A stretch of DNA of 61,246 nt, counting the filler, from Sphacelaria rigidula (taxonomy: Eukaryota), in NCBI GenBank assembly GCA_964200075.2. It is 7 parts of 7 records of this genome, joined end to end, with 100 filler letters (N's around TTAATTAATTAA, not from the genome) between each part and the next. Parts side by side here need not be neighbours in the genome. Positions count along the whole stretch, not along the records: positions 43,821 to 52,483 come from CAXNAA020010460.1; positions 52,584 to 61,246 come from CAXNAA020010461.1; 5 more parts are not named here. One strand, given 5' to 3'. The notes below the pieces were generated by a model. That model was not told where the DNA came from. It was given only the letters and a program-made list of their open reading frames with translations, and did not search any database. Made by a program: the position numbers and the translations under genes. This document shows, in pieces, positions 50,197 through 61,246 of the stretch. Numbering within the stretch: the first letter of the stretch is position 1; each line of letters opens with the position of its first letter.

Positions 50197-52335
50197 TGAC
50201 CGTGCTACTTTGCGTGAGTTCTTTGCTTGAAGCTCTCGGGGAAGGGCATGTCGGAGGTGCCCTTTGGCCGGAACTCCTGCTTCGCTTGGCGCCTCGCGTC
50301 AGTTTGTCGGCCTTGTTTGCTCCTACTTCTCCTTTTCTGCAGTGTGTGTCCCATTCTTCCTCTCCTGAATACCGATCGGACATGGACGTGATAAGGTCTT
50401 CTTGTAGCAATACCACTGTCAGTCGTTATTCAGAGGACGAGTGTTTCGGGCTCCCGAATATGATCCATAATCACTGCCTCTGTCATGATTCCACCAGGTA
50501 AATCAAACCCGTGGCGTATCACAGTGTTGAGCTAACGTCCTCTCCTCTGTTCATGGATCACGAGAGATTGCCGGCGGGAGGAGAGACGGGGGGGGGGGGG
50601 GAAGGGTATCCTTATGATTGTGCATGCCGTAGTAGTAAGAACTTTGACCTCGCATCTCTACCAAACCGGGACGAGCAGAGCACGCCCGGTTCCTGCCGGA
50701 TCAGATTTAAAATCAATCACCAAGCGCGAAGTGTCGGGGGGGTATATTGGTTGGTTTCGATCGACATTGTGGAAAAAGACTGCATGTTGACGACTCATGA
50801 ACAGCCCACACCAACACACGAACACATGCCCTCAACCCGTAGTTTCGTTAGTGTGTAGCGAACAGTACCATTTATTTAATCAACGGCATAGCTCCCCACC
50901 CACCCCTGTTATAAGGTAATTATAAGGGTTAGGGTACGGGTCATGATCCAAACCAGTCTCCTGGAGGAGGCGTTTCGCGAAGTCAAGGTACAGTTTTATT
51001 CGAAAAAATAGCGTCTGTGTTTGAAAATGCTCCCCCCACCCTCCCGGCGAAAACCGGGCGTGCTCCGTCCTGGCTTTGTAGAGGTGGACCCCCTGTGGGG
51101 TTGGTGTCGGTTAGCGACGACGCTGTAAAACACGCCACTCATTGCGTCAGCCAGACAACCAGGTCACCGAATTTTTTGCGCGCTTGCGTTTTATTTCGCG
51201 GCAACCATAATTGTGGTCGAGCTAGATCATATTGTGCGAGGTGGGAGAACCTCAACTCCACGCAAAGGAGATGATCGTACTACGTATAATAGTGTTTTAA
51301 ACGGTGAAATAAATACCTATGATGCAGTGTATAAGCCGTGGCTGTCTCTGGAAGTGGCGATGCCAGAAAATGAAGCAATACATTTTAATTTTAGACTGTG
51401 ATTCAAATGCAAGAGAATCAGTAGGCTTCGGACCGAACAATCTCAGCAGGATGCAGCTCACCCTTCATGCGACTCGCCGGACACATCACGGCGCTTCGCG
51501 CTTGGTGATTGAGTGCGAACCTGGCCCGGTGAGAACCCGCGGTGAGAACCCGGCGTGCTCCGTCCCGGCTTTGTAGGGATGCGAGGTCCTGAAGTGTAGA
51601 AAAACACATCATCGTCGACAGCAGTTGTAACAACAGCAACAGCAGTAAGGGGGTAGCAACCGTCTTGCTGCCCCACCTGCTGCTTATGCTCGACGATGAT
51701 GACGGCGCTAAATCCTGATGCGGTGGAATTTCTCCCGACGGAGTTTTTCCCAACAGGAAAATATGCCGCGGCTACACAGCCCGCGGCAGCGGCACCAACT
51801 AACTGTCGCCGAAAGCGTGGTGTACGTCGCAAGGAGAGTAGAGCTGCTAGGTATCTATACGTGTGTAAGTACAAGAAACGATGCGGTGATGGAACCGGTC
51901 GAGGCATGTCGGGATTGCTGCCCCCGAAATCATGTCTGATAACAATCACGCACGGAGCAGTGTCCATTTCGGAACAGAAATACACACTTGCATGTAAAGG
52001 GACGGAAGAGAAGAAGAATAGTCATATGACTACGGCATGCAAGAGCATGAGTACCCCCCCCCCCCACCCTATTTCTGACATGTGGGTGTAAGTGCGGGGA
52101 AGGGTCCGTGCTCAGGTTATGAAAAGGAGGGGTCGAGTCTGTAAGGCGCTGGTTATCGTTGGACTCACGTCATCATGTTGAAAGTTCTGCCAAAGCTGTC
52201 TTCACTGCTGCACTGTCGAAATGGTGCTGTACAGTAAACTATCGTCATTTTTTCTGCCGTGTCGCACTGCACTGTCCGCTATGAGCTCGCACCGGAAGGT
52301 CCGCAGATATCAAGCCCCGCTCCCCCCCCCCACCC

Positions 52336-52402
52336 TTGCTCCGTCTCGAAAGGGATGCGTGGTCAATGGTCAAATGACTAAGGCAAGCAACAAATGAGTA
52401 CG
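52336..52402 (+). mobile_element. 3' end (about 65 nt) of the C-tailed LINE with TSD
   Basis: Flanked by CCCCCCCCCACCC at 52323-35 and 52403-15. Confidence 0.88.
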
Positions 52403-52583
52403 CCCCCCCCCACCCCCCCACCCCCCTGGTCCGGCGAGAACCCGGCGTGCTCCGTCCCGGCTTTGTAGGGGCGGACCCCCGATNNNNNNNNNNNNNNNNN
52501 NNNNNNNNNNNNNNNNNNNNNNNNNNNTTAATTAATTAANNNNNNNNNNNNNNNNNNNNNNNNNNNNNNNNNNNNNNNNNNNN

Positions 52584-52663
52584 ATCGGGTGACTGCACCG
52601 AGATTCGAACCCACGACTCAACCATCAGAAAATTCCGAGGTTACCGACTGAGCCACGGGGGCG
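52584..52663 (-). mobile_element. tRNA-derived SINE head, cut by the contig start
   Basis: CGCCCCCGTGGCTCAGTCGG (A box)...GGGTTCGAATCTC (B box); no acceptor stem. Confidence 0.75.
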
Positions 52664-53001
52664 AATGACTCGCAGAATCAAGAATCCACACCCTGAACAA
52701 TGCATTACAATGTCAAGCAGTTCACGGCGTACAGTGTCGACCAATGCGTCTTCAGTAAATACACAAGCAAAGCAAAACGCTCATGTTGGGAAGGGGCGGT
52801 GCCACTAACGTTCGTGTTTGTGGGCTGCCAACATGCCAACGTTTTCCGCATTTGTCTTCATTTGAGTGTGCTTGCAGTATCATTTTTTCCAGTACAAATG
52901 TTTGTCCGCAGTTATCATGAGTTGAAAGTGCCGAAGAGTATATATGCATCTGTGACGAACGGTCCTTGCCGGTCCACCGCTCTTGGATGGGGTGCAGTAT
53001 G

Positions 53002-53055
<54 letters not shown>

Positions 53056-53409
53056 CACGCTCAAACGCACGCATAAGCGAGTGACCACCACCCAGCAGGA
53101 GTAACAGCAGCAGTAATGTATCATGGACACGGTCACCGCTGAACCCATCGACCGGGTGTTGAAGACAGCTATCCAACATTACGTTCCTGTGTTAGCCATC
53201 CAACGTTACGCTGAACAAATCCTACAAATCCACCGTAGGATACGCGTCAACACTTCTCATTCGCTTGTCAAACCCCGTGTGGAGCTGCTGCAGCAGCCGG
53301 CGCTCGCAGGCACCGTCTGTGCTGTCACGAGACTGTCTGGTGCTGATGTTGCAAAAATACCAAACGCCTGTTGCCCCGGCATCACTGTCTGTACGTCAAC
53401 ATGCGTATA

Positions 53410-53700
53410 TCAGTTGCTACAGATTCGGGGGACCTCGATTTTCCGCGGATCTGCGCTCAGATTCGTGTAAAACCGTTCTCAAATCGTGACGAACGAATCT
53501 GAGCCTCCCCGATTTTGCCGAAGTTGGGGTCCGTACAATGCGTTTCCAGATCTGAGGTCCCCAGATCTGCGTAGGGATCCGTTTTCGCGACTGCCATACA
53601 AATTGTTTGTTTTACATATATGTTGTTATTGTCGTTGTCAAAAACCGTTCCGATATCTGCGCGGTAAATTCGTACGGGGCATCTGATGCGGACGCCTTCC
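53410..53700. repeat. AGATY/RATCT-rich dispersed repeat; related segments at about 20985-21230, 45505-45700 and 46050-46180
   Basis: Shared TACGCAGATC.GGGGAC.TCAGATC.GG.AAC.CATT core between 45520 (+) and 53550 (-). Confidence 0.6.
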
Positions 53701-54570
53701 GTGGTCACATATATGCAGAGACGGTAAAGTTTGTCAAGTTTGTTCAAGGCTTCGAAATCCGTGCAGGCTGCAAATAACATATATTTTTTTGTATTATTGA
53801 AAATCGCTTTCCGACGGAAACTGGAGAGAACGTAACAGTGGCGTACTCATACCCGAAGCGATGATGAAACATGATGGAACATGCAGTACACAATCGCCCG
53901 CGGTAGAGGGACCTTTTAGCCACACCACGTCATGCCACAAGCCAAGTGTGTAGTGTCGAAAAGTGGTGACACATGAGGAGGAGAATGAGCGATAATGTGG
54001 ACGCAGGAAAGGGGGCGCCGGTCAGGACTGTAGTGAGGGGACACACCTCCAAGCGCTGATAGCGGCGAGGGGGGCGATGGATTTGTGACAAAAAAACAGG
54101 TGTTTGGTGAATATCGCCCTCGACAGTAAAGAGAATCGCGCTCATCTTGGGACAACAGTGGGATGCAAGCCCGGAGCAGTAAGCGGGCATTGTGTGAGGT
54201 ATAAATAATCGGTGGGCAATCGGTGACCGATGTGTACACACACAGCAAAAATCGGCTCCAACCGGTGAGTAGTTTTGTGCTGGATTGGCGGCCTGTTATC
54301 GGACAGCGAAACGAACCACACACACAGATGGACGAATCAAGATTAGCAGGCAGGCAACCCGGCTATCGTCGGAAATATCCTGTTATTCATGGGTGATCGT
54401 CTTGATTTTGTACTACACAAATTTGTATGTGTGTACTCTCGCCGTCGGAAAAGATAATCTTTATGCATGGGTTATTGTTCCATGAATGACTGAGGGTGCA
54501 ACATCGCTTTGATGGATTCCAGCGCATGCAAGAAGACGTGATCCAGGAAGCGTGAGCTGCGCCGTGTAAG

Positions 54571-55040
54571 ACAGTGCTATTGTCTGTACTTTTTCGTTCA
54601 TGCAGAAGAGAGCGTGAAGACAGTAGCTGTGGGTGTGATAGTCGGGCTCTGTCCGCGAACAAAATGTATATATCGGGCAGTATATCTTCTGATGCGCCAG
54701 TTCTTGTTCCATTTTTCGAAACAGATCGGGTATCGGCATACGTGATACTACTGCATGTTCCGCATGAAAGTTCAGTGTTAGATCTTTCCTTGGCCGTGTA
54801 TCCACCAACAGTATATCTCACGGCCGGGAAATGTGAGCTACGCCGTGAAGGTACAGTGCTATTGTCTGTGCCTTTTCGTGTAGTGAAGCGTGAAGACAGT
54901 ACCGGTGGGTGTGATAGTCGGGCTCTACCCGCGACCAGTATATGTCACGGACAGCAGTGAGATGCGCCAGTTCTTGTTCAATTTTTCAAAACCTTTTTTG
55001 TTCAAAACAAATCGGGTATCGGCATATGTGATACTGTTCC
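54571..55040. repeat. Imperfect tandem duplication, period about 282 bp
   Basis: ACAGTGCTATTGTCTGT..GGGTGTGATAGTCGGGCTCT..GATGCGCCAGTTCTTGTTC at 54571 and 54853. Confidence 0.85.
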
Positions 55041-55210
55041 GTGGAAGAACGGTTGCACTCTGGTCATACTTGGGCGTGATTGTGCTTGGGGAAGTGTAAA
55101 TTAGTGTTCCGAGAAGGATCACACGCTTACTTGATTCCAGTATCGAGCGGCGGATCATTTAGCCTAGTAATACATTTGATAATAATAATAAATAATAATA
55201 AATAATAATA

Positions 55211-55244
<34 letters not shown>

Positions 55245-55299
55245 GTAATAAGAAGAAAAAGGAGAAGAAGAAAGATAAGAAAAACAGTTGACGACGAAC

Positions 55300-58200
55300 C
55301 ACTTTGCCGTGCAGGCAAACAAGCTGGAGATACTTTCGAAAGAGATCGAGAGTGAGGGACAATAGGGAAGAGCGGATGGAGGAAATGGAGCGGACGGGTA
55401 GAGTAGTATTCGTGCTCGTGTTGGGGGTTTCTGGCGATACGACGACGATAGGATTCAAGAGGAAAGGCGACAATTAGGACTACATTGTGTGGTAATAGGA
55501 AAAGTAGAAAGGGAGAGACATCCCTTCCGAGTCACGCCGAAACAGAGAGCGAGCAAGGAGTGAGAGAGGATAGAAACAAGTCAAGTGTCGTCGCGGGTTA
55601 GGAGGGTAGGATGGAGAGTACGTATAGCCGACGGAAGAGCGAACCCAAGACGTAGCCCTCGGGTAAACGGACGTAAGGGGAAGCGGGAACATGTAAATGC
55701 CCTCAGGGAAAAGGGGGCAGGGAATAGCGGCCCAAAGCAAAAAGACGAGAACCAAACCGGAAACTAAAATGACAATTACGCAAGGGAGGATAGAAGTAAA
55801 GACGACGGAAAGAGAACGGTAGACGAAGGGATAGTGGAAAGTAACTCAAAAAGGAAGCTGAGAATAGGATTATGGGACATGTGCGGATTTGCTACGGAAA
55901 GGCGCAAAATAATAGAAAGCGCCCGACAAGGAAGTGAGCGCGACCTAGATACAGTGGGAATCCAAGAGTCATGGGAGCAAGGTGAGGCGATTAAAGGATG
56001 CAAAGTTGGAGAGCACGCATGGGTAGGAAAAGAGAGGAAGGCACAAAATTGCAAGAATAGGAAACGGGGAAGTACGATTCCTAGTCAAGGAATACCTGCG
56101 TGGCAAGATAGCAAATATCCAAAACACAATATTAGACGAGAGGATATGGATAAGAGTACCAGGAGAGCGGAGAACGAGATATTTCTGATTTGGAAACATA
56201 TATCTGCCCCCAGAGTCAGAGCACGGTGAGGGATAAAGAGAGGAAGTTCAGGGAGATAACAGCAGATGTATGGAAGTATAAAATGCAAGGGAAAGTAATG
56301 TTAGTGGGAGATCTGAATGTAAGGATTGCAAAAGCAACCCAACCGAATGATAACATTAGGGGAAACGGGGACATGAAGAAGAACAGGAATGGGGTAGAGA
56401 TGTCGAAGTTCCTTGAGAACACTTAGATGTGGACGTTGAACAATAGAGTAAAATGCCAGTTCCGCACTGGACTAGAAAACCCATATAAAAGCAAGAAAGC
56501 TCAACTGTCGACGGCATCGTAGTAGAATACAGAAGTAGTAAGGAAACGAAAGTGCGTATATGCGTAGCAGACGTAGGAATTAGGGATCATTGCCCAAGGC
56601 GGACAGAGAGCCAACCGATTTGATTGATTGATTGATTGTCGCACGTTGTCTGACCCCCCAGGGGTCCAGCCGTGGTCTCATGATAGAACAGACGAGAGTT
56701 ATAAAAAATAGGCGGGGTAGGAAGGTGTACAGATAGAGGCTAGATACACTATAAGGAAGAATATACCAGGAGTTTCAAGCGATGACCAAATACGCAGTGA
56801 ATTTTTCCGAGCTGTTGGAGATCGTGGGAACAGGTAATACCGCAATAGAAAGGGATCGGGCAGGAGCGAAGATTAGAGAAGGATGGGAGCAATTGGTCAA
56901 GAACACGGCAAGTAAAGCCATAGGTAAGAAACTGATAGTACGCAATAGAGCAGTAAAATGGCGGCATGAGGAAGTAAAAGAGACTACGACAATAAGGAGA
57001 GTGGCCAACGTGAATACACATCTACGGTAGGGTGGGAGTAGTATGCTACAGCTCGAATACGGGTAAAACATATTGTAGAGAAGGGGAAAGGGGGAATATG
57101 GAAAGAAATAAATATGGATAGAGACAGAAGTGATGCTGGGCAGACAAGCAAGCGAGGTAGAAAGGGGAATGGCCACATTAAGAGCATAGAACGGTATAAC
57201 GGTTGGCGGTTCGAAGGAGAGGAGAGAAGTACTGGTAGAGCACTACCGAACACAGAAACACCAACAACAAACAAGAGGTTCGACGCGGAATTCGAGAAAG
57301 AAACCAACGCGTGGGCAGAGGCAAACGCAGAGGCATCAAAACAGGAAGATAGCGGCTCAAAAGAATTGTGAAGACAGGTCACAAAGGGGAAATAAAGGAG
57401 TGTGTGGCTAAATACAAGAATAGAGAGCCAGCAAGGGCAGACGAAATGGTGAACGATTTTATGAAGTACGGGGAGAGGGAATGATTACCACGATGGTTAC
57501 GTCGTATAATTGGATCTGGGAAAACGAGTACACATGCAAGAGGTGTAGAGAAGTAGTAGTGAACCTTTTCAAGAAGGAGACAAGGCTGAACCAGGGAATT
57601 CTATAGTGATAACGCTACTTGACACCGTAGGGGAAACATTCTGTAAAATTCTGAACGATAGAGTAGGAACGATGCTAGAAAAGGAAGAAAATATCACCGA
57701 GACGGAGGCAGGGTTACACCAAACCGTACCTGCGTACACCATATGTACGCGTCAGGCAAGATTGTTCAAGGTAGGGAAGACGCGGGGCTAACAAGGTACT
57801 ATTTCTTTTCAGCCGTGCAAAAGGCCTGAGACAGTATGGGGAAATGAGGCGGGGAAAATATAAAGGAAACCAGGATCAGAGGAAATATTTGAAGAACGGT
57901 GTAAAACCTGAGAGATCGTATGATAAGAGCTATCATGCTAGATGGACAAGAATCGGAATGAGCTGACATTTCACGGAGATGCAGATCGATGTACGTTATC
58001 ACCCACTACACCGAAGGTATTATTCATGACATGATAAAGTAATAACGATAGAAGTAGAAAAGCAGGGAGTCCGGGTGAGGGAAGATACGACATCGGGATT
58101 GATATTCGCCGGCGATTTCGTGGAAATATCAGAAACATATGAAAGATTGCAGAAAAAAAGGAGAAGGCGCTAGAACAAGATGCTAGGAAGATGGAGGGTG

Positions 58201-59449
58201 ACAGCAAACGTAAACAAATGCGCGGTACTTTCACGTGTAACGAAGATAAGGAGAACCCAGTAGACTTCAAATGGAAGTGGGGAGAAGAAGAAATGCCGAT
58301 CGTTGACCAGTGCACATACCTTGGAGTACATATATAAAAAACGCTCTTGGGATGCACACATAAATGGAGCGGTAGGACACGGTAAGGCACATATAGGCAA
58401 GATGGGTGTGATCCTAGGAACTTACATTTCGATACTATGATTAAGGGACGCATTTTGACGAATGTGGAGCTAAAACATGGGGGGAAGTACGGAAAGGGAA
58501 CGTGCAGTTGGTGAAGCAGCTGAAAAAAATACAGATGACAGCAGCTAAAAAAATACTTGGATGCTCAAAACGCGGGAAATGCGGTATTTAGAGCAGAATG
58601 AGGAATATATCCACCTGAAACAAATATGGACATGGGAAAACTGAAATGACAATATAACGGAAGAAACGGGTCAAGAACGAGACTACCAGCCATAGTTGAT
58701 AGGGCTGTATGGAAGAAAAAACGAAAGGGCAGTCAGGGATGAGATGGAATAGCGCAGTCGAGAAAATATGGAAGGGTACAGGAGGAAACCACTCCGAATG
58801 ACGTCCATACGTGAATGTAGGGGGTACCAGTTACAAGTGGAATGCATGGTGGATATGAGAAAAAAACATGGGCGTGAGACTGAAAGTGGACGAGGAAGAG
58901 CACCCAAAGATGTACGGGGGGTTGAGAAAAGGGATAGGGGTGAAAACACATTTGCACGGCCCAAAGGACTACGCGAAAAATGAAAAATGTGAAAGTGTTA
59001 TTTCGGGTGGGAAACCCGGAGTCGACGGAAAGAAGAAGGAAATATTCCAGTGGTCGGGTGGAGGCTGAAGTAGACCCAATTGCCGCTGGGGCAAAGCAAT
59101 AGGTACTAGAACTCCCGTAGTGGGAGAATGTTAACTTTACAAGAAGGAAGGGAAGTCTTAGTAGGGGGAATGTGGAAAGTAAACGAAGGTGGCACCAAAT
59201 CGTTTGGTACATGAGACGGTAGGGAGAAGACGATCGCTAAACGAGGAGATAGTGGTGACCAGGACGGCGAAGCAAGAAGGGGGGTGAAATATGTAAAAGG
59301 TTCTTATGTAATCTATGGAAGGAACGTAATGAGCGCCGAGAGGTTTGAGGTGTCTCTCCCAGGAGTAGAAACGGTGATCCGTCCCAAAAGGGTTGCGTGG
59401 TCAACCGTCAAATGAAGAAGGCAAGCAACAAATGAGGACCCCCCCCCCC
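55300..59449 (+). mobile_element. Near full-length degenerate LINE (APE endonuclease plus RT) ending in oligo(C)
   Basis: LRIGLW..CG, DTVGIQESW, MLVGDLNVR (APE); ITLLDTVGETFCKILNDR, degenerate KA.D and F..DF.G, WRVTAN, TYLGV (RT); 3' hairpin region then a C run. Left boundary approximate. Confidence 0.9.
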
Positions 59450-61112
59450 ACGCGCGCATGTATAATTGTATACGGGTGGAAGACATCAATAATTGCTGGG
59501 CTGGGAATAAAAATGACCGAAAAATACCGCACATATAGAAAACAGAAAACAGCAAGAGCGACGCTTCAGGTGTACAGCAAAGCTATAGACGGAGGTCCGG
59601 AAGAGACTGCGGATCTTCGACGTCCGTGTGCATAAGAATGATGATACCCTGAAGCAGCTCTTGCGAGTCGAAGACTGGTCACATGAGAATGATTTTCGTC
59701 GGGATTTCTCACCAAGACCGACTCTTACTGGAAACCTGGCGGATACGCCACTGGCTGGTGCAGTATCATTCTACTCCTCAATCTAAAAAGTAGCACGAAT
59801 CTGGGGTACTAACTTTCACGCCGCTCATTTTCGTGCGAGAGCGCAAGCGGCGCAGGATACAATGACGTGGTACGCGTACCACGACTGAAAGCAGCGTGGA
59901 TCACGCCCTACTCAATGTGGAAGTGCCCAGCAAGCGAGGCCCAGCAGGTTTGACCTCTGCCCGCAGGGTCCCGCCACCTGCGTGGCCGTGTGGAAGTGAT
60001 GAAGCAAACGGTGGCCACAACGTCACTGGCTCTATCTTACGTCGGTGAGAGAAGTTTGGTTTCACCATGGTATTGCTCGGTACAAAACAGCAGAAGTCGA
60101 GGCCACTTCGCTCAGCCTACAGTGACGGTCTGAGGGGCGTAGGTTGTCCAATACTCACTCCGTTTCGCCCGTTGCAACCAAGACTGGCATTTGACCCGAT
60201 CAATTACTCAATCCTGTGTTCCTTCGCCTACCGTGGTAGCTGTATTACAGACAGCACAACATGGGTTCTTCTTTCAGTTACTCTGCCGTCTGTGTCTACC
60301 ATCCTCCTGTGTGACCCCGGCTGACGCGTCCACATGCACCAAAAGGTGTCCACCGGCGTCTACAATCAGCAGAGTTAACTATCATACAGCGAACCCCCCG
60401 CAGGTGGACTGAGATGGACTATACCACGTAGAGGGTTCAGCACAGCCCTCTTCTCGCTACAAACAAAACGTGTTTTTTCATGAACACGTGGATGTTTGGC
60501 ATCTACATAGAAACTAATCCCGGACAACCCCTGACCGGTTTTGACCCTGCAATCGACTGCGTGCAGTCAGTATACGGTATGTGCTTCATGCTTTCGCTGG
60601 ATACAACGGCAAAAAACTGTCAGCGTGCCACCGCTTTCCACTGAACACAGTCTGCTTCGTGCGCTGCTGATGTTTTTGTTTGGCGTTCCACAACAACGCT
60701 ATGGACAGTGCGAAGCTATGCTGGCAACACATGAGGGGTCAGGCAGGCGGCGTAGACCACGGGCAGAGCAAAAAGCACGCTGTTTGGGTCCATGTAGCAT
60801 ACGTACGGTTGAATTGTCACGGTCAAAATGAGGAATACGGCTAGACAGCGAAGTAGTCTATCTGTAGTTCATCTGTAGCCCACCTGTGGGGGAACAAAGT
60901 GGTCATATTGATAGTCGTGATTGGTCAGAATGGCCATTCCGATCCTCTCGGGCCTGGTTCCTGGCTTACAATTTCTCGTGGGAAACTTCCAAACACACAC
61001 GGTTGACATGGTGAGACCGACTTTTATGGCAAAGAGTCTCGATTTGTGGAGACCCCAACTTTGAAGAAATCGGGAGGACTCATATATGCGAACTCAAAAT
61101 CAGGGGGGGGGG

Positions 61113-61177
61113 CGTACTCATTTGTTGCTTGCCTTAGTCATTTGACCATTGACCACGCATCCCTTTCGAGACGGAGC
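61113..61177 (-). mobile_element. 65-nt 3' end of the C-tailed LINE with TSD of about 18 bp
   Basis: CAAAATCAGGGGGGGGGG at 61095-61112 and again from 61177; insert identical to 52338-52402. Confidence 0.92.
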
Positions 61178-61246
61178 AAAATCAGGGGGGGGGGGGGGGG
61201 GGGGGGGGGGATCCCAATTAAAAAAGGCGGTCTGGAAACAACGGGG

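Overview
Eukaryotic, repeat-dominated DNA. It is probably a stramenopile or brown alga, inferred only from TE repertoire, intron style and microsatellites. The window is seven unlinked contigs of about 8.66 kb (1-8665, 8766-17430, 17531-26194, 26295-34957, 35058-43720, 43821-52483, 52584-61246) joined by artificial N-TTAATTAATTAA-N linkers, so nothing is physically linked across gaps. Host genes are three minus-strand exons of a CEBPZ/NOC1(MAK21)-like gene and two plus-strand exons of a NUDT5-like Nudix hydrolase. The rest is mostly decayed mobile DNA: Ty3/Gypsy elements (one with a chromodomain-like plus Tudor-like integrase tail), a pol-deleted Ty1/Copia element, APE-RT LINEs, tRNA-derived SINEs, many MITEs, a higher-order satellite and microsatellites. 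The most unusual signals are (1) a 1.6-kb TIR element with an 8-bp TSD carrying a 42-43-bp periodic array of constant ATATTG-N6-CAATATATATTG motifs separated by non-identical GC-rich spacers (CRISPR/TIGR-like layout, no effector gene seen), and (2) a LINE family whose 3' ends sit in, and duplicate, C/G homopolymer tracts.
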